Of a DNA stretch of 64,000 nucleotides, positions 19,364-28,522 are shown piece by piece. The DNA is from Candidatus Bathyarchaeota archaeon (lineage in GTDB: Archaea > Thermoproteota > Bathyarchaeia > Bathyarchaeales > Bathycorpusculaceae), in NCBI GenBank assembly GCA_963767735.1, contig CAVYES010000005.1, positions 384,001 to 448,000 on the forward strand, in the 5' to 3' direction. The notes under the pieces are model-generated. The model saw nothing but the letters and a program-made list of their open reading frames with translations, searched no databases and was not told where the DNA came from. How positions within the stretch are numbered: the first letter of the stretch is position 1; every line of letters starts with the position of its first letter. The position numbers and the translations under genes were made by a program.

Positions 19364-19998
19364 TGACCGAAAAGATTGAAAAGAAACCATCACATATCAC
19401 AAAAAGCACTTAAAGTTAGAGCACGCGCTAAAAACAAGAAACCAGCATTCGTAAGAGCTGAAAGCTGGAAGTATGACAGGTTCAGCTATAAGTTGGCGAA
19501 GACCCAGAGGATTAGATAATAAGATTAGACGAAAAATCAAGGGTTGGCCAGCCAGGCGCAAGCGTTGGTTATAAGGGACCAAAAATCGCCAGAGGCTTGC
19601 ATCCATCAGGATACAGGGAAGTTTTAGTTTACAACGTAAAAGACCTATCCACTGTTGACCCTAATACTCAAGCCGCACGCATAGCGCACACAGTCGGCAA
19701 AAGAAAACGCGCCCTAATTATTGCCGAAGCCAAAAAACTTAACATTAAAATCTTAAATTTCAAAGCTTCACCAGAAGCCGAAAAGAAAGAAGAAGAAGCA
19801 GCTGAAGGCGAAGAACTGACAGAAGAGCAAAAGACGGAGAAAGAAGAGAAAGAAATAGAAGAAACCTTCAAAGAAGGCACACCAGTCGAAGCTGAAGATG
19901 AAGAGGCAGAGGAAGAAGAACAAGAAGAGGCACCGAAGAAAGAAAAAGCCTCAAAGAAAACCAAGCCTGAACCTGAGGAGGAAGAAGAGGAACAATGA
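19363..19998 (+). CDS. rpl32e: 50S ribosomal protein eL32 with acidic tail (several apparent frameshifts in the 5' half)
   Basis: KPAFVRAESWKY, WRRPRGLDNKIR and GLHPSGYREVLV...VGKRKR are spread across frames. Confidence 0.88.
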
Positions 19999-20450
19999 CA
20001 GACCTAACGAGCCAGAGACGGTTAGCGGCTCAAATCTTAAAGATTGGGCAAAACCGCGTGTGGATTGATCCTGAACGAATGGATGATGTTGAAGGCGCAA
20101 TTACACGCGAAGAAGTAAGAAAGCTAATTCATGAGAAAATCATCGATTCTCTGCCTGAGAAAGGCGTAAGCAGATCCAGAGCAAAAATTATCCGCGAGAA
20201 AAAGCTTAAGGGCAGGCGCAGCGGTCCCGGCAGCATCACTGGCGCTGGCTACGCTAAGGTAACTAAGAAAGAGGCATGGATGAAAAAGATCAGGTCTCTG
20301 AGGCGCAAGCTTCGCGAGTTGAAGGCAAGCAGAATCATAACTGAAAAAACATACAGCCAATATTACAGGATGGCTGGCAGCGGCAGGTTCCAGTCTATAG
20401 CTGAACTGGAGCGCAATTTAAAAGCTAATGATTTATGGAGGAAACGTTAA
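19995..20450 (+). CDS. rpl19e: 50S ribosomal protein eL19
   Basis: QRRLAAQILKIGQNRVWIDP and WMKKIRSLR. Confidence 0.97.
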   Translation: MTDLTSQRRLAAQILKIGQNRVWIDPERMDDVEGAITREEVRKLIHEKIIDSLPEKGVSRSRAKIIREKKLKGRRSGPGSITGAGYAKVTKKEAWMKKIRSLRRKLRELKASRIITEKTYSQYYRMAGSGRFQSIAELERNLKANDLWRKR

Positions 20451-20451
20451 G

Positions 20452-21303
20452 ATGGCAAAAAGCGGCAATTACCGTGTGCAATTAAGACGCAGACGGGAAG
20501 GAAAAACTGATTACCAAGCGCGTAAGGCTCTGGTTACTTCTAGAAAGCCTCGGCTTGTCACTCGAGCATCATTAAAGAATGTTACAGTTCAAATAACGAT
20601 GGCTAAACCGCATGGTGACGAGGTTTTAGCTTCAGCCAACAGCCGTGAACTCATCAAAAACTACGGTTGGAAGGCTCCAACAGGCAATATTCCCGCAGCC
20701 TATCTTACAGGTTTACTTTGCGGTTTAAAGGCGAAAGCTAAAGGCATTGAACAAGCAATCTTGGATATTGGCTTAATCTCTCCCACTAAAGGCTCAAAAA
20801 TCTTCGCTGTTCTAAGCGGAGTTTTGGATGCTGGCGTCGATGTTCCTCACAGTGAAGAGAAGATTGTTAAGGAACGCATGAAAGGCGAACACATAGCAAA
20901 GTACGCTAAAACGTTAGGCTCTGGCTCTGAAGAGTATACTGCCAAATTCTCAAAGTACACAGCGCAAGGAGTTGCACCTGAAAAAATCTCTGAACAATTC
21001 ACCAAAGTTAAGGCTCAAATTACAGATTCATTTAAGACTGGAAAACAGGTAGTTCCAGAGAAAAAGGCTCCTGTCCAGGAAAAAGCTCCAGTGCACGAAG
21101 AAGAGGTTGCTCCTGTGGAAGAAAAAAAGCCGTCTGCTAAAAAAGTAACAAAGCCAAAGCCTGCGGCGATTCTATCTAAACTAAAAGCACCTAAGGCTCT
21201 GAAAGCAACAAAGAGAAAGCGCCAAAAGAAGAAAAGGCAAGTAAGAAAGGTGAAAAGAAAGCATGAGTCGTTCAGGTCAAATGCAAAGAGAAAGACAAAC
21301 TAA
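20452..21303 (+). CDS. rpl18: 50S ribosomal protein uL18 with long charged tail
   Basis: RRRREGKTDY and NIPAAYLTG; the end of the tail may be frameshifted. Confidence 0.95.
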   Translation: MAKSGNYRVQLRRRREGKTDYQARKALVTSRKPRLVTRASLKNVTVQITMAKPHGDEVLASANSRELIKNYGWKAPTGNIPAAYLTGLLCGLKAKAKGIEQAILDIGLISPTKGSKIFAVLSGVLDAGVDVPHSEEKIVKERMKGEHIAKYAKTLGSGSEEYTAKFSKYTAQGVAPEKISEQFTKVKAQITDSFKTGKQVVPEKKAPVQEKAPVHEEEVAPVEEKKPSAKKVTKPKPAAILSKLKAPKALKATKRKRQKKKRQVRKVKRKHESFRSNAKRKTN

Positions 21304-21916
21304 CTTAGAAACATGGGTTCCAAAAACCCGTTTAGGCAAGATGATTCAGGAAGGCAAAATAACAACCATCGAAGACGTCTTCCTTAGCGGCATAAAAATT
21401 TCTGAAGCCCAAATCGTTGACTCGTTGATTCCTGATCTTCAAGAAGAAGTCATAAACGTTAACCTAGTGCAGAAGCAAACTGACGCTGGCGAAAAATCCC
21501 GTTTCAAAGCCATAGTTGCCGTTGGAAACAGAGACGGCTACATCGGCTTAGGCTCAGGAAAAGCCAGCCAAGTGCGAAACGCCATCGAGAAGGCTGCTGT
21601 GAATGCTCGCTTAAACATTATTCCAGTAAAACGCGGATGCGGAAGTTGGGAGTGCGGTTGCGGTAAACCTCATTCAGTTCCGTTCCAAGTTGAAGGGAAA
21701 TGCGGCGGCGTACGAGTGGTTATTGTTCCAGGACCAAGAGGCTTAGGCTTAGTTTCAAGCGAAGTAGCCAAAGTCATCTTCGGCTTAGCAGGCGTGAAAG
21801 ACCTGTGGATGAGAAGCTACGGTTCAACACGAACAGTGCCGTCTTACGCATGCGCGATCTTTGATGGTTTACGGAAGACCTATAATTTGATTACTCAAGT
21901 GGACTGGGTGAAGTAA
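21263..21916 (+). CDS. rps5: 30S ribosomal protein uS5
   Basis: WVPKTRLG, RGCGSWEC and PGPRGLGLV. Confidence 0.97.
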   Translation: MSRSGQMQRERQTNLETWVPKTRLGKMIQEGKITTIEDVFLSGIKISEAQIVDSLIPDLQEEVINVNLVQKQTDAGEKSRFKAIVAVGNRDGYIGLGSGKASQVRNAIEKAAVNARLNIIPVKRGCGSWECGCGKPHSVPFQVEGKCGGVRVVIVPGPRGLGLVSSEVAKVIFGLAGVKDLWMRSYGSTRTVPSYACAIFDGLRKTYNLITQVDWVK

Positions 21917-21917
21917 G

Positions 21918-22406
21918 ATGGCGCAGAAAACTGAAGAATGCAAATGCCTCGTCGTCGTTAGAATTCGCGGTCTCGTAAGCGCCCAGAAAGAAACACGAGA
22001 AACCCTGCAATTCCTGCATCTACTGCACACTAACCACGCAGTGCTCATAGACAGCCGCCCGGCATACAAAGGAATGCTGCAACGCGTAAACAGCTACATC
22101 ACCTACGGCGAACCCACAAAAGAAACCGTTGCCATGATGCTTCAGAAACGCGCAAGGTTAGCAGGCGACAAAAAACTAACAGACGAATACATCCAGAAAG
22201 CAGGCTACAAATCAGTCGATGACCTAGCAGAAGCCATAGTAAACTGCAAAGTGCAATTCCAAAAACTGCCCGATGTTCAGCCATTATTCAAGTTGCATCC
22301 GCCAAGCAAAGGCTACAAAGGCAAAACCAAAAGAGGCTTCAACGCAGGCGGCGAAGCAGGCTACCGCGGAGAAGAAATAAACGAACTAGTAAAACGCATG
22401 ATCTAA
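21918..22406 (+). CDS. rpl30: 50S ribosomal protein uL30
   Basis: VVRIRG, LHPPSKG and GYRGEEINELVKRMI. Confidence 0.96.
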   Translation: MAQKTEECKCLVVVRIRGLVSAQKETRETLQFLHLLHTNHAVLIDSRPAYKGMLQRVNSYITYGEPTKETVAMMLQKRARLAGDKKLTDEYIQKAGYKSVDDLAEAIVNCKVQFQKLPDVQPLFKLHPPSKGYKGKTKRGFNAGGEAGYRGEEINELVKRMI

Positions 22407-22602
22407 CCGCTGCTAAAACCCATTTCTTCCTCATTTTATTTTAACTTCGATTACTTAAATACTTTCAGGTTTTGATCTAAAAAGGACATTTGCATTGAGT
22501 AAAACTGCTGAAGCTGAGGACTTATCTCCTGTCGTCGTGGCTGTTTTGCGGGTGGCTGAATTGTAGGTGTCCGTTTTCGGCGTAGGTGTATTGTTGTTGG
22601 GT

Positions 22603-22749
22603 TTAGTTGTTGGCGTAGTTGGTGGCGGCTGGGAAATGGTTGGTCACTTTGCGTGGGTAGCTTCTGCTTTTGAAGTATCCTCTGGAAACTGCCTGGTCAA
22701 CTTTCTTGAGGAGTTCCGCGGAGAACCGCGAAGTTATGACCTCTTCCAT
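22603..22749 (-). pseudogene. Truncated ribbon-helix-helix (CopG-like) protein
   Basis: MEEVITSRFSAELLKKVDQAVSRGYFKSRS matches an RHH N-terminus; the expected second helix is replaced by unrelated sequence. Confidence 0.45.
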
Positions 22750-23023
22750 GCAAAACCGCCAATGTAAACATTTTGAATACAACAATAAACTTCATTGGAC
22801 AACAAAAAACTCCCGCTCAAACAGCAACTGCTAAAAAAACCGGTGCCACACACGATTTCAGCACCAAGCAACCTCAAAAAACGAAAACTCGCCCATAAAC
22901 GAAACCGCCACTTTCCACTCATTCATCATTTTCATGGGTAAACTGCTTCATGGCTGATGCGTGTTTTCTCACTGTTTATGTGCGATACGTTTTATAGTGG
23001 GAGTGGAGAAATTCGTTAGTTAA

Positions 23024-23500
23024 TTGGAGGGGGAAAGACACACGAGTGCAAAATGGCGTAGAAGCACAAAAAACCGTAATTGGCTAGATTTTAACCACCG
23101 CGCACCAAAAAGCAAAAAACAACGATTAATTCAACCCGAGCATGCTTACCGTCTAAAATCAATATCTGTTCACCCAAACTTTCGGCCATCTAAAAGCTTT
23201 GCTGAACGCAATTTTCAAGAGCCAAAACCGTTAATCGATATATTCCAAGAAAATAATTATATAACGGTTGTAGCGGAAATCGCAGGCTTTAATAAAGACA
23301 CCCTCAAAATTCATGTAAAGAATCAAAAAATTATTCTCTCGGCGAAATCGAAAGACCGCAGATACTATAAAAGTTTAAATCTTCCGAAGGTAGTGATTCC
23401 AGACATCATGTACACCAAATTCAAGAATGGTGTGCTAGAAATCAAACTTAAAAAAGCTGAAACAGCAATAAATAAAGAAGCTGATCAAAATGCCGCATAA
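23024..23500 (+). CDS. Hsp20/alpha-crystallin family protein
   Basis: PLIDIFQE...VVAEIAG...FKNGVLEIKLKK; overlaps the rpl15 start. Confidence 0.85.
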   Translation: MEGERHTSAKWRRSTKNRNWLDFNHRAPKSKKQRLIQPEHAYRLKSISVHPNFRPSKSFAERNFQEPKPLIDIFQENNYITVVAEIAGFNKDTLKIHVKNQKIILSAKSKDRRYYKSLNLPKVVIPDIMYTKFKNGVLEIKLKKAETAINKEADQNAA

Positions 23501-23915
23501 ACTAAGAAAAATACGGAAATTTAGAGGTTCAAGAACACAAGGCTACGGAAGGATAGGCCAACACCGAGATTCAGGCTCCAAAGGGCACCGAAAAGTTGGA
23601 CGACACAAACACCTATGGAGTCTTGTCGTGACTAAAGAACCCGGTTACTTCGGTAAAAACGGCTTCACCTCACCCCAAAGTCTTCACCGCCACGAAAACA
23701 CGATTAACCTCAAAAAACTCGAAGAAATAGCACTAACAAGCCAACAGGAAAAACCTCAAATCGACCTAACAGCCTTAGGCTACACAAAACTTTTAGGCAC
23801 AGGTAAAGTCACAAAACCTCTAACCATACAAGTGTCATCATACTCAAAATCGGCAGCTGAAAAAATCAAAAAAGCAGGCGGAGAAATCTTAGGCTCCCCA
23901 GTCAACGGAGAGTAA
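23490..23915 (+). CDS. rpl15: 50S ribosomal protein uL15
   Basis: RGSRTQGYG, KLLGTG and SAAEKIKKAGG. Confidence 0.96.
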   Translation: MPHKLRKIRKFRGSRTQGYGRIGQHRDSGSKGHRKVGRHKHLWSLVVTKEPGYFGKNGFTSPQSLHRHENTINLKKLEEIALTSQQEKPQIDLTALGYTKLLGTGKVTKPLTIQVSSYSKSAAEKIKKAGGEILGSPVNGE

Positions 23916-23924
23916 AGTTACTAA

Positions 23925-25358
23925 ATGCCCGGAAGATTCCTCAGCCTCTTCAAACCAATAGGAAGAGTTTTGCCCGAAATTAAAAAACCTGAGCGAAAGG
24001 TAAGTTTTAACGAGAAAATCTTCTGGACCGGGCTTGTCTTAATTATTTATCTTGTAATGGCTCAAATCCCGCTTTACGGTGTTTCAGCATCAGCCCAAAG
24101 CTCATTTAGTGCCTTGAGAGTTATTTTTGCCTCAAATAATGGAACTTTGATGCAGTTAGGCATCGGACCTATCGTTACGGCTGGTTTGATTCTGCAGTTG
24201 CTTGCTGGCTCCTCCATCATTGAATGTGACATGTCAAATGCTGAGGATAGAGGATTATTCACTTCTGCAAGTAAAGTGTTCACCGTTGTTCTCACTGCTA
24301 TTCAGGCTTCTGCGTACCTTATCAGCGGCATGTTCGGCACAATTACCGGAGCTGCAACAATAGTTATTTTCGTGGAACTCATCAGCGCCGGAGTAATTGT
24401 CATGTTAATGGATGAACTCGTTCAGAAAGGCTGGGGACTAGGCAGCGGAATCAGCTTGTTTATCATGGCTGGCGTTGCCCAAAGTGTTCTGTGGGACACA
24501 TTTTCGCCGACCACCGGTCTGTTTGTAGGTTCTCTTTCAGCTTGGCTAAGCAAAGGGCAGACGTTTTTGGCTTGGGCATTTGGAAGTGCATCTGGAGTTT
24601 ATCCGTCTTTACTCGGATTCTTTGCTACTATCGGAGTCTTTTTGGTCGTTATTTATTTGAATGGAGTCAGAATTGAGCTTCCAATGAGTTATGCTGGATA
24701 CAAAGGCTTCAGAAGCAGGTATCCAATTAAACTACTGTACGTTTCTAACCTTCCAGTAATATTTGCATCAGCATTGTTTGCAAACGTTTACTTCTTCTCA
24801 GAATTATTATGGAGCTCTCAGGGCCGTCCTGCTCCAGGTCACAGTCTCTTATTCTCAATAATAGGTCAATTCAACACAACAACTTCAGGTACAGGAAGTA
24901 GTGCTTCAACCAGTATCGTGCCTGTAGGCGGACTTGCTTTCTTTACCACTGCACCAGCAAATATTGAACAAGTTCTGCTTAACCCGTTAAGGGCTGCAGC
25001 TTACCTCGGTATTCTTGTGGCTTTCTGCGCCGTTTTCTCGCTAATTTGGCTTGAGGTTGGCGGTTTAGGCCCCTCAAAAGTTGCGAAGCAGCTTATGGAT
25101 TCGGGCATGCAGATTCCTGGTTACCGAAGGTCAGGAAGACCCATAGAAGCTGTTCTCAAACGTTACATCCCCGTAGTCACGGTTCTGGGCGGAATCATCG
25201 TTGGGCTAGTAGCTGCAACTGCAGATTTCTTTGGCGCCTTCGGAACAGGCACAGGCATCTTGCTGTCAGTAGGTATCATTTACCAGTATTATGAGTTGTT
25301 AATGCAAGAAAGAGCAGCCGAAATGTATCCAGCCTTCAGAAGAATCCTTGGAGAATAA
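23925..25358 (+). CDS. secY: Preprotein translocase SecY/Sec61alpha
   Basis: LGIGPIVTAG, GLGSGISLFI, YPIKLLYVSN and GTGILL. Confidence 0.98.
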   Translation: MPGRFLSLFKPIGRVLPEIKKPERKVSFNEKIFWTGLVLIIYLVMAQIPLYGVSASAQSSFSALRVIFASNNGTLMQLGIGPIVTAGLILQLLAGSSIIECDMSNAEDRGLFTSASKVFTVVLTAIQASAYLISGMFGTITGAATIVIFVELISAGVIVMLMDELVQKGWGLGSGISLFIMAGVAQSVLWDTFSPTTGLFVGSLSAWLSKGQTFLAWAFGSASGVYPSLLGFFATIGVFLVVIYLNGVRIELPMSYAGYKGFRSRYPIKLLYVSNLPVIFASALFANVYFFSELLWSSQGRPAPGHSLLFSIIGQFNTTTSGTGSSASTSIVPVGGLAFFTTAPANIEQVLLNPLRAAAYLGILVAFCAVFSLIWLEVGGLGPSKVAKQLMDSGMQIPGYRRSGRPIEAVLKRYIPVVTVLGGIIVGLVAATADFFGAFGTGTGILLSVGIIYQYYELLMQERAAEMYPAFRRILGE

Positions 25359-25489
25359 GCCAAAACAGGTTAGCCTTAAAAATCTCCTTTTTATGGTTTA
25401 ATTTATTTTAGTCTAAAAGAGATTCTGGGTTTACCTTTCGGCGGAAACATTTCATTTTTACTCAACCCTCCACTACTATAGAGTGCAGT

Positions 25490-26216
25490 TTGATTCGAGA
25501 AATGAAGGTTGAACAAGGAAGTATAGCTGATTGGCGTAAACTCAGCTTTTTTCATTATCGCGGGCACACCCTCGCCGTTCCGCGCAAGATTTTCAGATTA
25601 ACGCGTGGCGAGGAGTTGTGCGGTGTGATTGTTTATAGTTATCCTCCTCCAAGCTGCTACGGAAGACGCCTTGTGCTTCCACGCATGATCATCCAGGAAA
25701 TGAACAAACAACAAAGCATCATCAGCTGAGTGGTTATCCATCCAAAATACCGAACGATAGGCTTAGGCACCAAAATAATCCATGAAGCCCTTCCGATAGT
25801 AGCCACGATATATGTGGAGTTGATTGCTGTTATGGCAAAGTATTCGCCTTCTGCTGAAAAGGCAGGCATGCGAAAAATCGTTGAACAGGAATCAGTAGAA
25901 AGTGTTTCAGACGTCTCTATGATGCTTACTGGGTTGGGTTTCGACTTACCAACTTTTAGGCAGCGAACGTTATGTCAAAGAAAAACTTCAAACTCTAAAT
26001 CCTGCACACTTAGACAAGGTTAAAGAATCGTTAATTAAGAATCAGCATCCCATGCTCAAGAAGGAGTTTGCGGATAGCCGAAATAAGCCTTATGGAAAAA
26101 CATCGGATTACATGCAAAGCATTCAGAATGCAGAAATACCGAAAATTGGAAAACTCATAAAACTTGTCAGCGTACTTTCGCAAACGAAGGTTTACTTGTT
26201 TTGGGAAAGAAAATAA
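25490..26216 (+). pseudogene. Decayed GNAT-like acetyltransferase domain (type usually fused to an ABC ATPase)
   Basis: FHYR...CGVIVY...IIS*VVIHPKYRTIGLG (GNAT motif A) has an in-frame TGA at 25727, plus a frameshift near 25950; ends TKVYLFWERK*. Confidence 0.65.
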
Positions 26217-26428
26217 CAAGATATTACGAAAAGTCATTTTTAACCTGTTTTACTCAATTTTAGTTAGTAAGGTTTAGTGAAAAGGAGCGGGTATTGGAAA
26301 AAAGTTTGTTTTCTGAAAAAATTTCCTCTGAAAAGCAAAAACGGTTATTAACAAGGAAACAAGATACGCATACTGTTCCAAGAGGAAACTGCGGTGATTG
26401 TTAAGGAATAATGGAAGGAGAATGACAT

Positions 26429-27373
26429 ATGAAAGTACCCACTAAGATAGTTGTTATCCTTCTGTTAACTTTGGTAGCATTTTCCGCTCTAAGCGCATTT
26501 TCTGGATCAGTAAACGCCGCTGGAAACCTCACCTTTACGGCATCCATTTTACCCAAGACTTCTGGTGTTCATCAAACAACATCATATACCTTCACCATAA
26601 GTTGCACGGGTGAAGCCAACCTCGGAAGCGCAAACATTACCATACCTTCAGCATACAGTAATGTCAAAAATTTAGCCATAAGTCAAGAACCAGCCTCACA
26701 AAATTGGACAATAACCACAGCGACAATAAACAAAAATAGTTATATCCTTCTCTATGGGTCTGCTGAAGGCCTAAGCACGGGGCAGAGCATCACATTCACT
26801 TTTGATGCGACAAATCCTAACCCCTCAGGAAATTACAAATGGGTAATAGGCGCTAATGAAAACTCCGGTACAACCGGACTTAGTACTCCAGAATTTACGT
26901 TAGATATTCCTTACTCAATTGCAATTAGTTCACTTTGGGCTGCAACTTTAATCTTTTTCATCGCGACCGTTATTGCTTTCATAAACACAGGATTAAACCG
27001 GGTTCTAATCAACTATTTCATAGGCTGGGAACAATACCGGGTCATGCAGAAGGAAATGAACGAATACCGGTCAGAAACCATGGCTGCCATGCGAGCTAAC
27101 GACAAAAAACAAGTTGAAAAACTCAAAAAGAGAGAGTCACAAATAAAAAACATGCAGGCACAAATGCTCAAGCCCCAGATGGTTCAGTTTGGGTTCTCTT
27201 TTGTTTACATTATTATTTGGTTTTTTGTTTTAACGCCCACTTTTGGAACTACCTCTATGGTTTACGTGCCGGGCATCGGAGCGATTCCCGTTCTCTACTG
27301 GTATCCCATCGGCTCGTTCTTCTTGGGTCTGCTGGCATCACGCTTAATAGGCATAATGCCGATTGAAACTTGA
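26429..27373 (+). CDS. DUF106/EMC3/TMCO1 (Oxa1-superfamily) membrane protein with N-terminal secreted beta-rich domain
   Basis: C-terminal TM + coiled coil (MQKEMNEY...KLKKRESQIKNMQ) + KPQMV + WY motif; conserved position between secY and cmk. Confidence 0.85.
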   Translation: MKVPTKIVVILLLTLVAFSALSAFSGSVNAAGNLTFTASILPKTSGVHQTTSYTFTISCTGEANLGSANITIPSAYSNVKNLAISQEPASQNWTITTATINKNSYILLYGSAEGLSTGQSITFTFDATNPNPSGNYKWVIGANENSGTTGLSTPEFTLDIPYSIAISSLWAATLIFFIATVIAFINTGLNRVLINYFIGWEQYRVMQKEMNEYRSETMAAMRANDKKQVEKLKKRESQIKNMQAQMLKPQMVQFGFSFVYIIIWFFVLTPTFGTTSMVYVPGIGAIPVLYWYPIGSFFLGLLASRLIGIMPIET

Positions 27374-27396
27374 CGCAGAAAACGCGGGGTGCAAAA

Positions 27397-28002
27397 ATGG
27401 CGAAAAACGCAAAATTATGCTTTGCCGACAAAAAAATAGTAATCTGCATCTCAGGAATGGCCGGAACGGGAAAAAGCACCCTGTCAAAAAAGCTTGCTGA
27501 AAAATACCATCTTCTCTGCTATTCAGGCGGCGACGCGCTTAAAGAACTGGCGAAGGCAGAAGGCTACGACGTGTCGCGTCAAGGCTGGTGGGAGAGCCCT
27601 GAAGGCTTAATTTTTCTTAACGAAAGAGTCAATGACCCCAAATTTGACAAAGCTGTAGATGCTGAACTGCTCAAATACGCCCAGCAAGGAAATGTTATCT
27701 TAGATAGTTGGACCATGCCCTGGCTGCTTAATAATGGTTTTAAGATTTGGTTGATGGCTTCAATCGAGAAGAGAGCGGCAAGAGTTGCGGAACGGGATAA
27801 AATAACCGTTGATGAAGCATTCAAAGTACTTGAAGAAAAAGAAGCTAGAACAAAAGCAATTTACAAAAAGCTTTACGGTTTCGTTTTAGGTGAAGATTTT
27901 GCACCTTTTGACTTGGTTTTAGATACTGATAATTTGAATGCCGAAGAGGTTTTTGAAGTTCTCTGTAAGGTAATAAGCAACGTGGTTCTTTCTGTTCCTT
28001 GA
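27397..28002 (+). CDS. cmk: Cytidylate kinase (archaeal type)
   Basis: ISGMAGTGKST P-loop, RAARVAERD and DLVLDTD. Confidence 0.92.
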   Translation: MAKNAKLCFADKKIVICISGMAGTGKSTLSKKLAEKYHLLCYSGGDALKELAKAEGYDVSRQGWWESPEGLIFLNERVNDPKFDKAVDAELLKYAQQGNVILDSWTMPWLLNNGFKIWLMASIEKRAARVAERDKITVDEAFKVLEEKEARTKAIYKKLYGFVLGEDFAPFDLVLDTDNLNAEEVFEVLCKVISNVVLSVP

Positions 28003-28138
28003 GTCTAACTAAATAAATAACAGTTAATTGCTCTAAATAGAACTTTCCTCTATAACATAGTTACAGATTCGCTTAAAGCTATCAAAAAACAAACTAGCCC
28101 CAGTATAAAGCGCCGTTTAAGAGAGAGGTGGGAAATAC

Positions 28139-28522
28139 GTGAAAACATTAAATCATCTAGTTATGTTTCCATTTGTGGCAATAATTATTTTGTGCTTCAT
28201 AGCGTCAATTCGCCTAATTAACTTCCAATCCACAATCACATTATTAATTTTCAATGTACTTTTTATTTCCCTAGCGTTTCAATTGAACGGTACATTTACC
28301 CGAAAACTATTCCTTTTAGCATCAGGCAACATAATAGGTCTCTGCTGGAACTATATCTTTTACTCTCTCGACATTACGGGAACCATTTTTTTCGGTAAAA
28401 TCTTCAATATCATATATACAGTTTTCTTTCCCTTTTTATGTTCAATTTGGATCGTGGCGTTTTGGTCTCTTAGTCTGACAGTTCTCCATCGCGAGGGCAC
28501 AAACCAGGAGTTTCGACTTTGA
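28139..28522 (+). CDS. 4-TM hypothetical membrane protein
   Basis: Hydrophobic ORF overlapping the GT2 start (TTGA). Confidence 0.7.
   Translation: MKTLNHLVMFPFVAIIILCFIASIRLINFQSTITLLIFNVLFISLAFQLNGTFTRKLFLLASGNIIGLCWNYIFYSLDITGTIFFGKIFNIIYTVFFPFLCSIWIVAFWSLSLTVLHREGTNQEFRL

Noticed and set aside
25727-25729. Selenocysteine/readthrough TGA in the GNAT gene
   Set aside because: The position corresponds to the Arg of the SRVV.HP motif (CGA>TGA), not a Cys; the gene has other lesions and no SECIS was seen.
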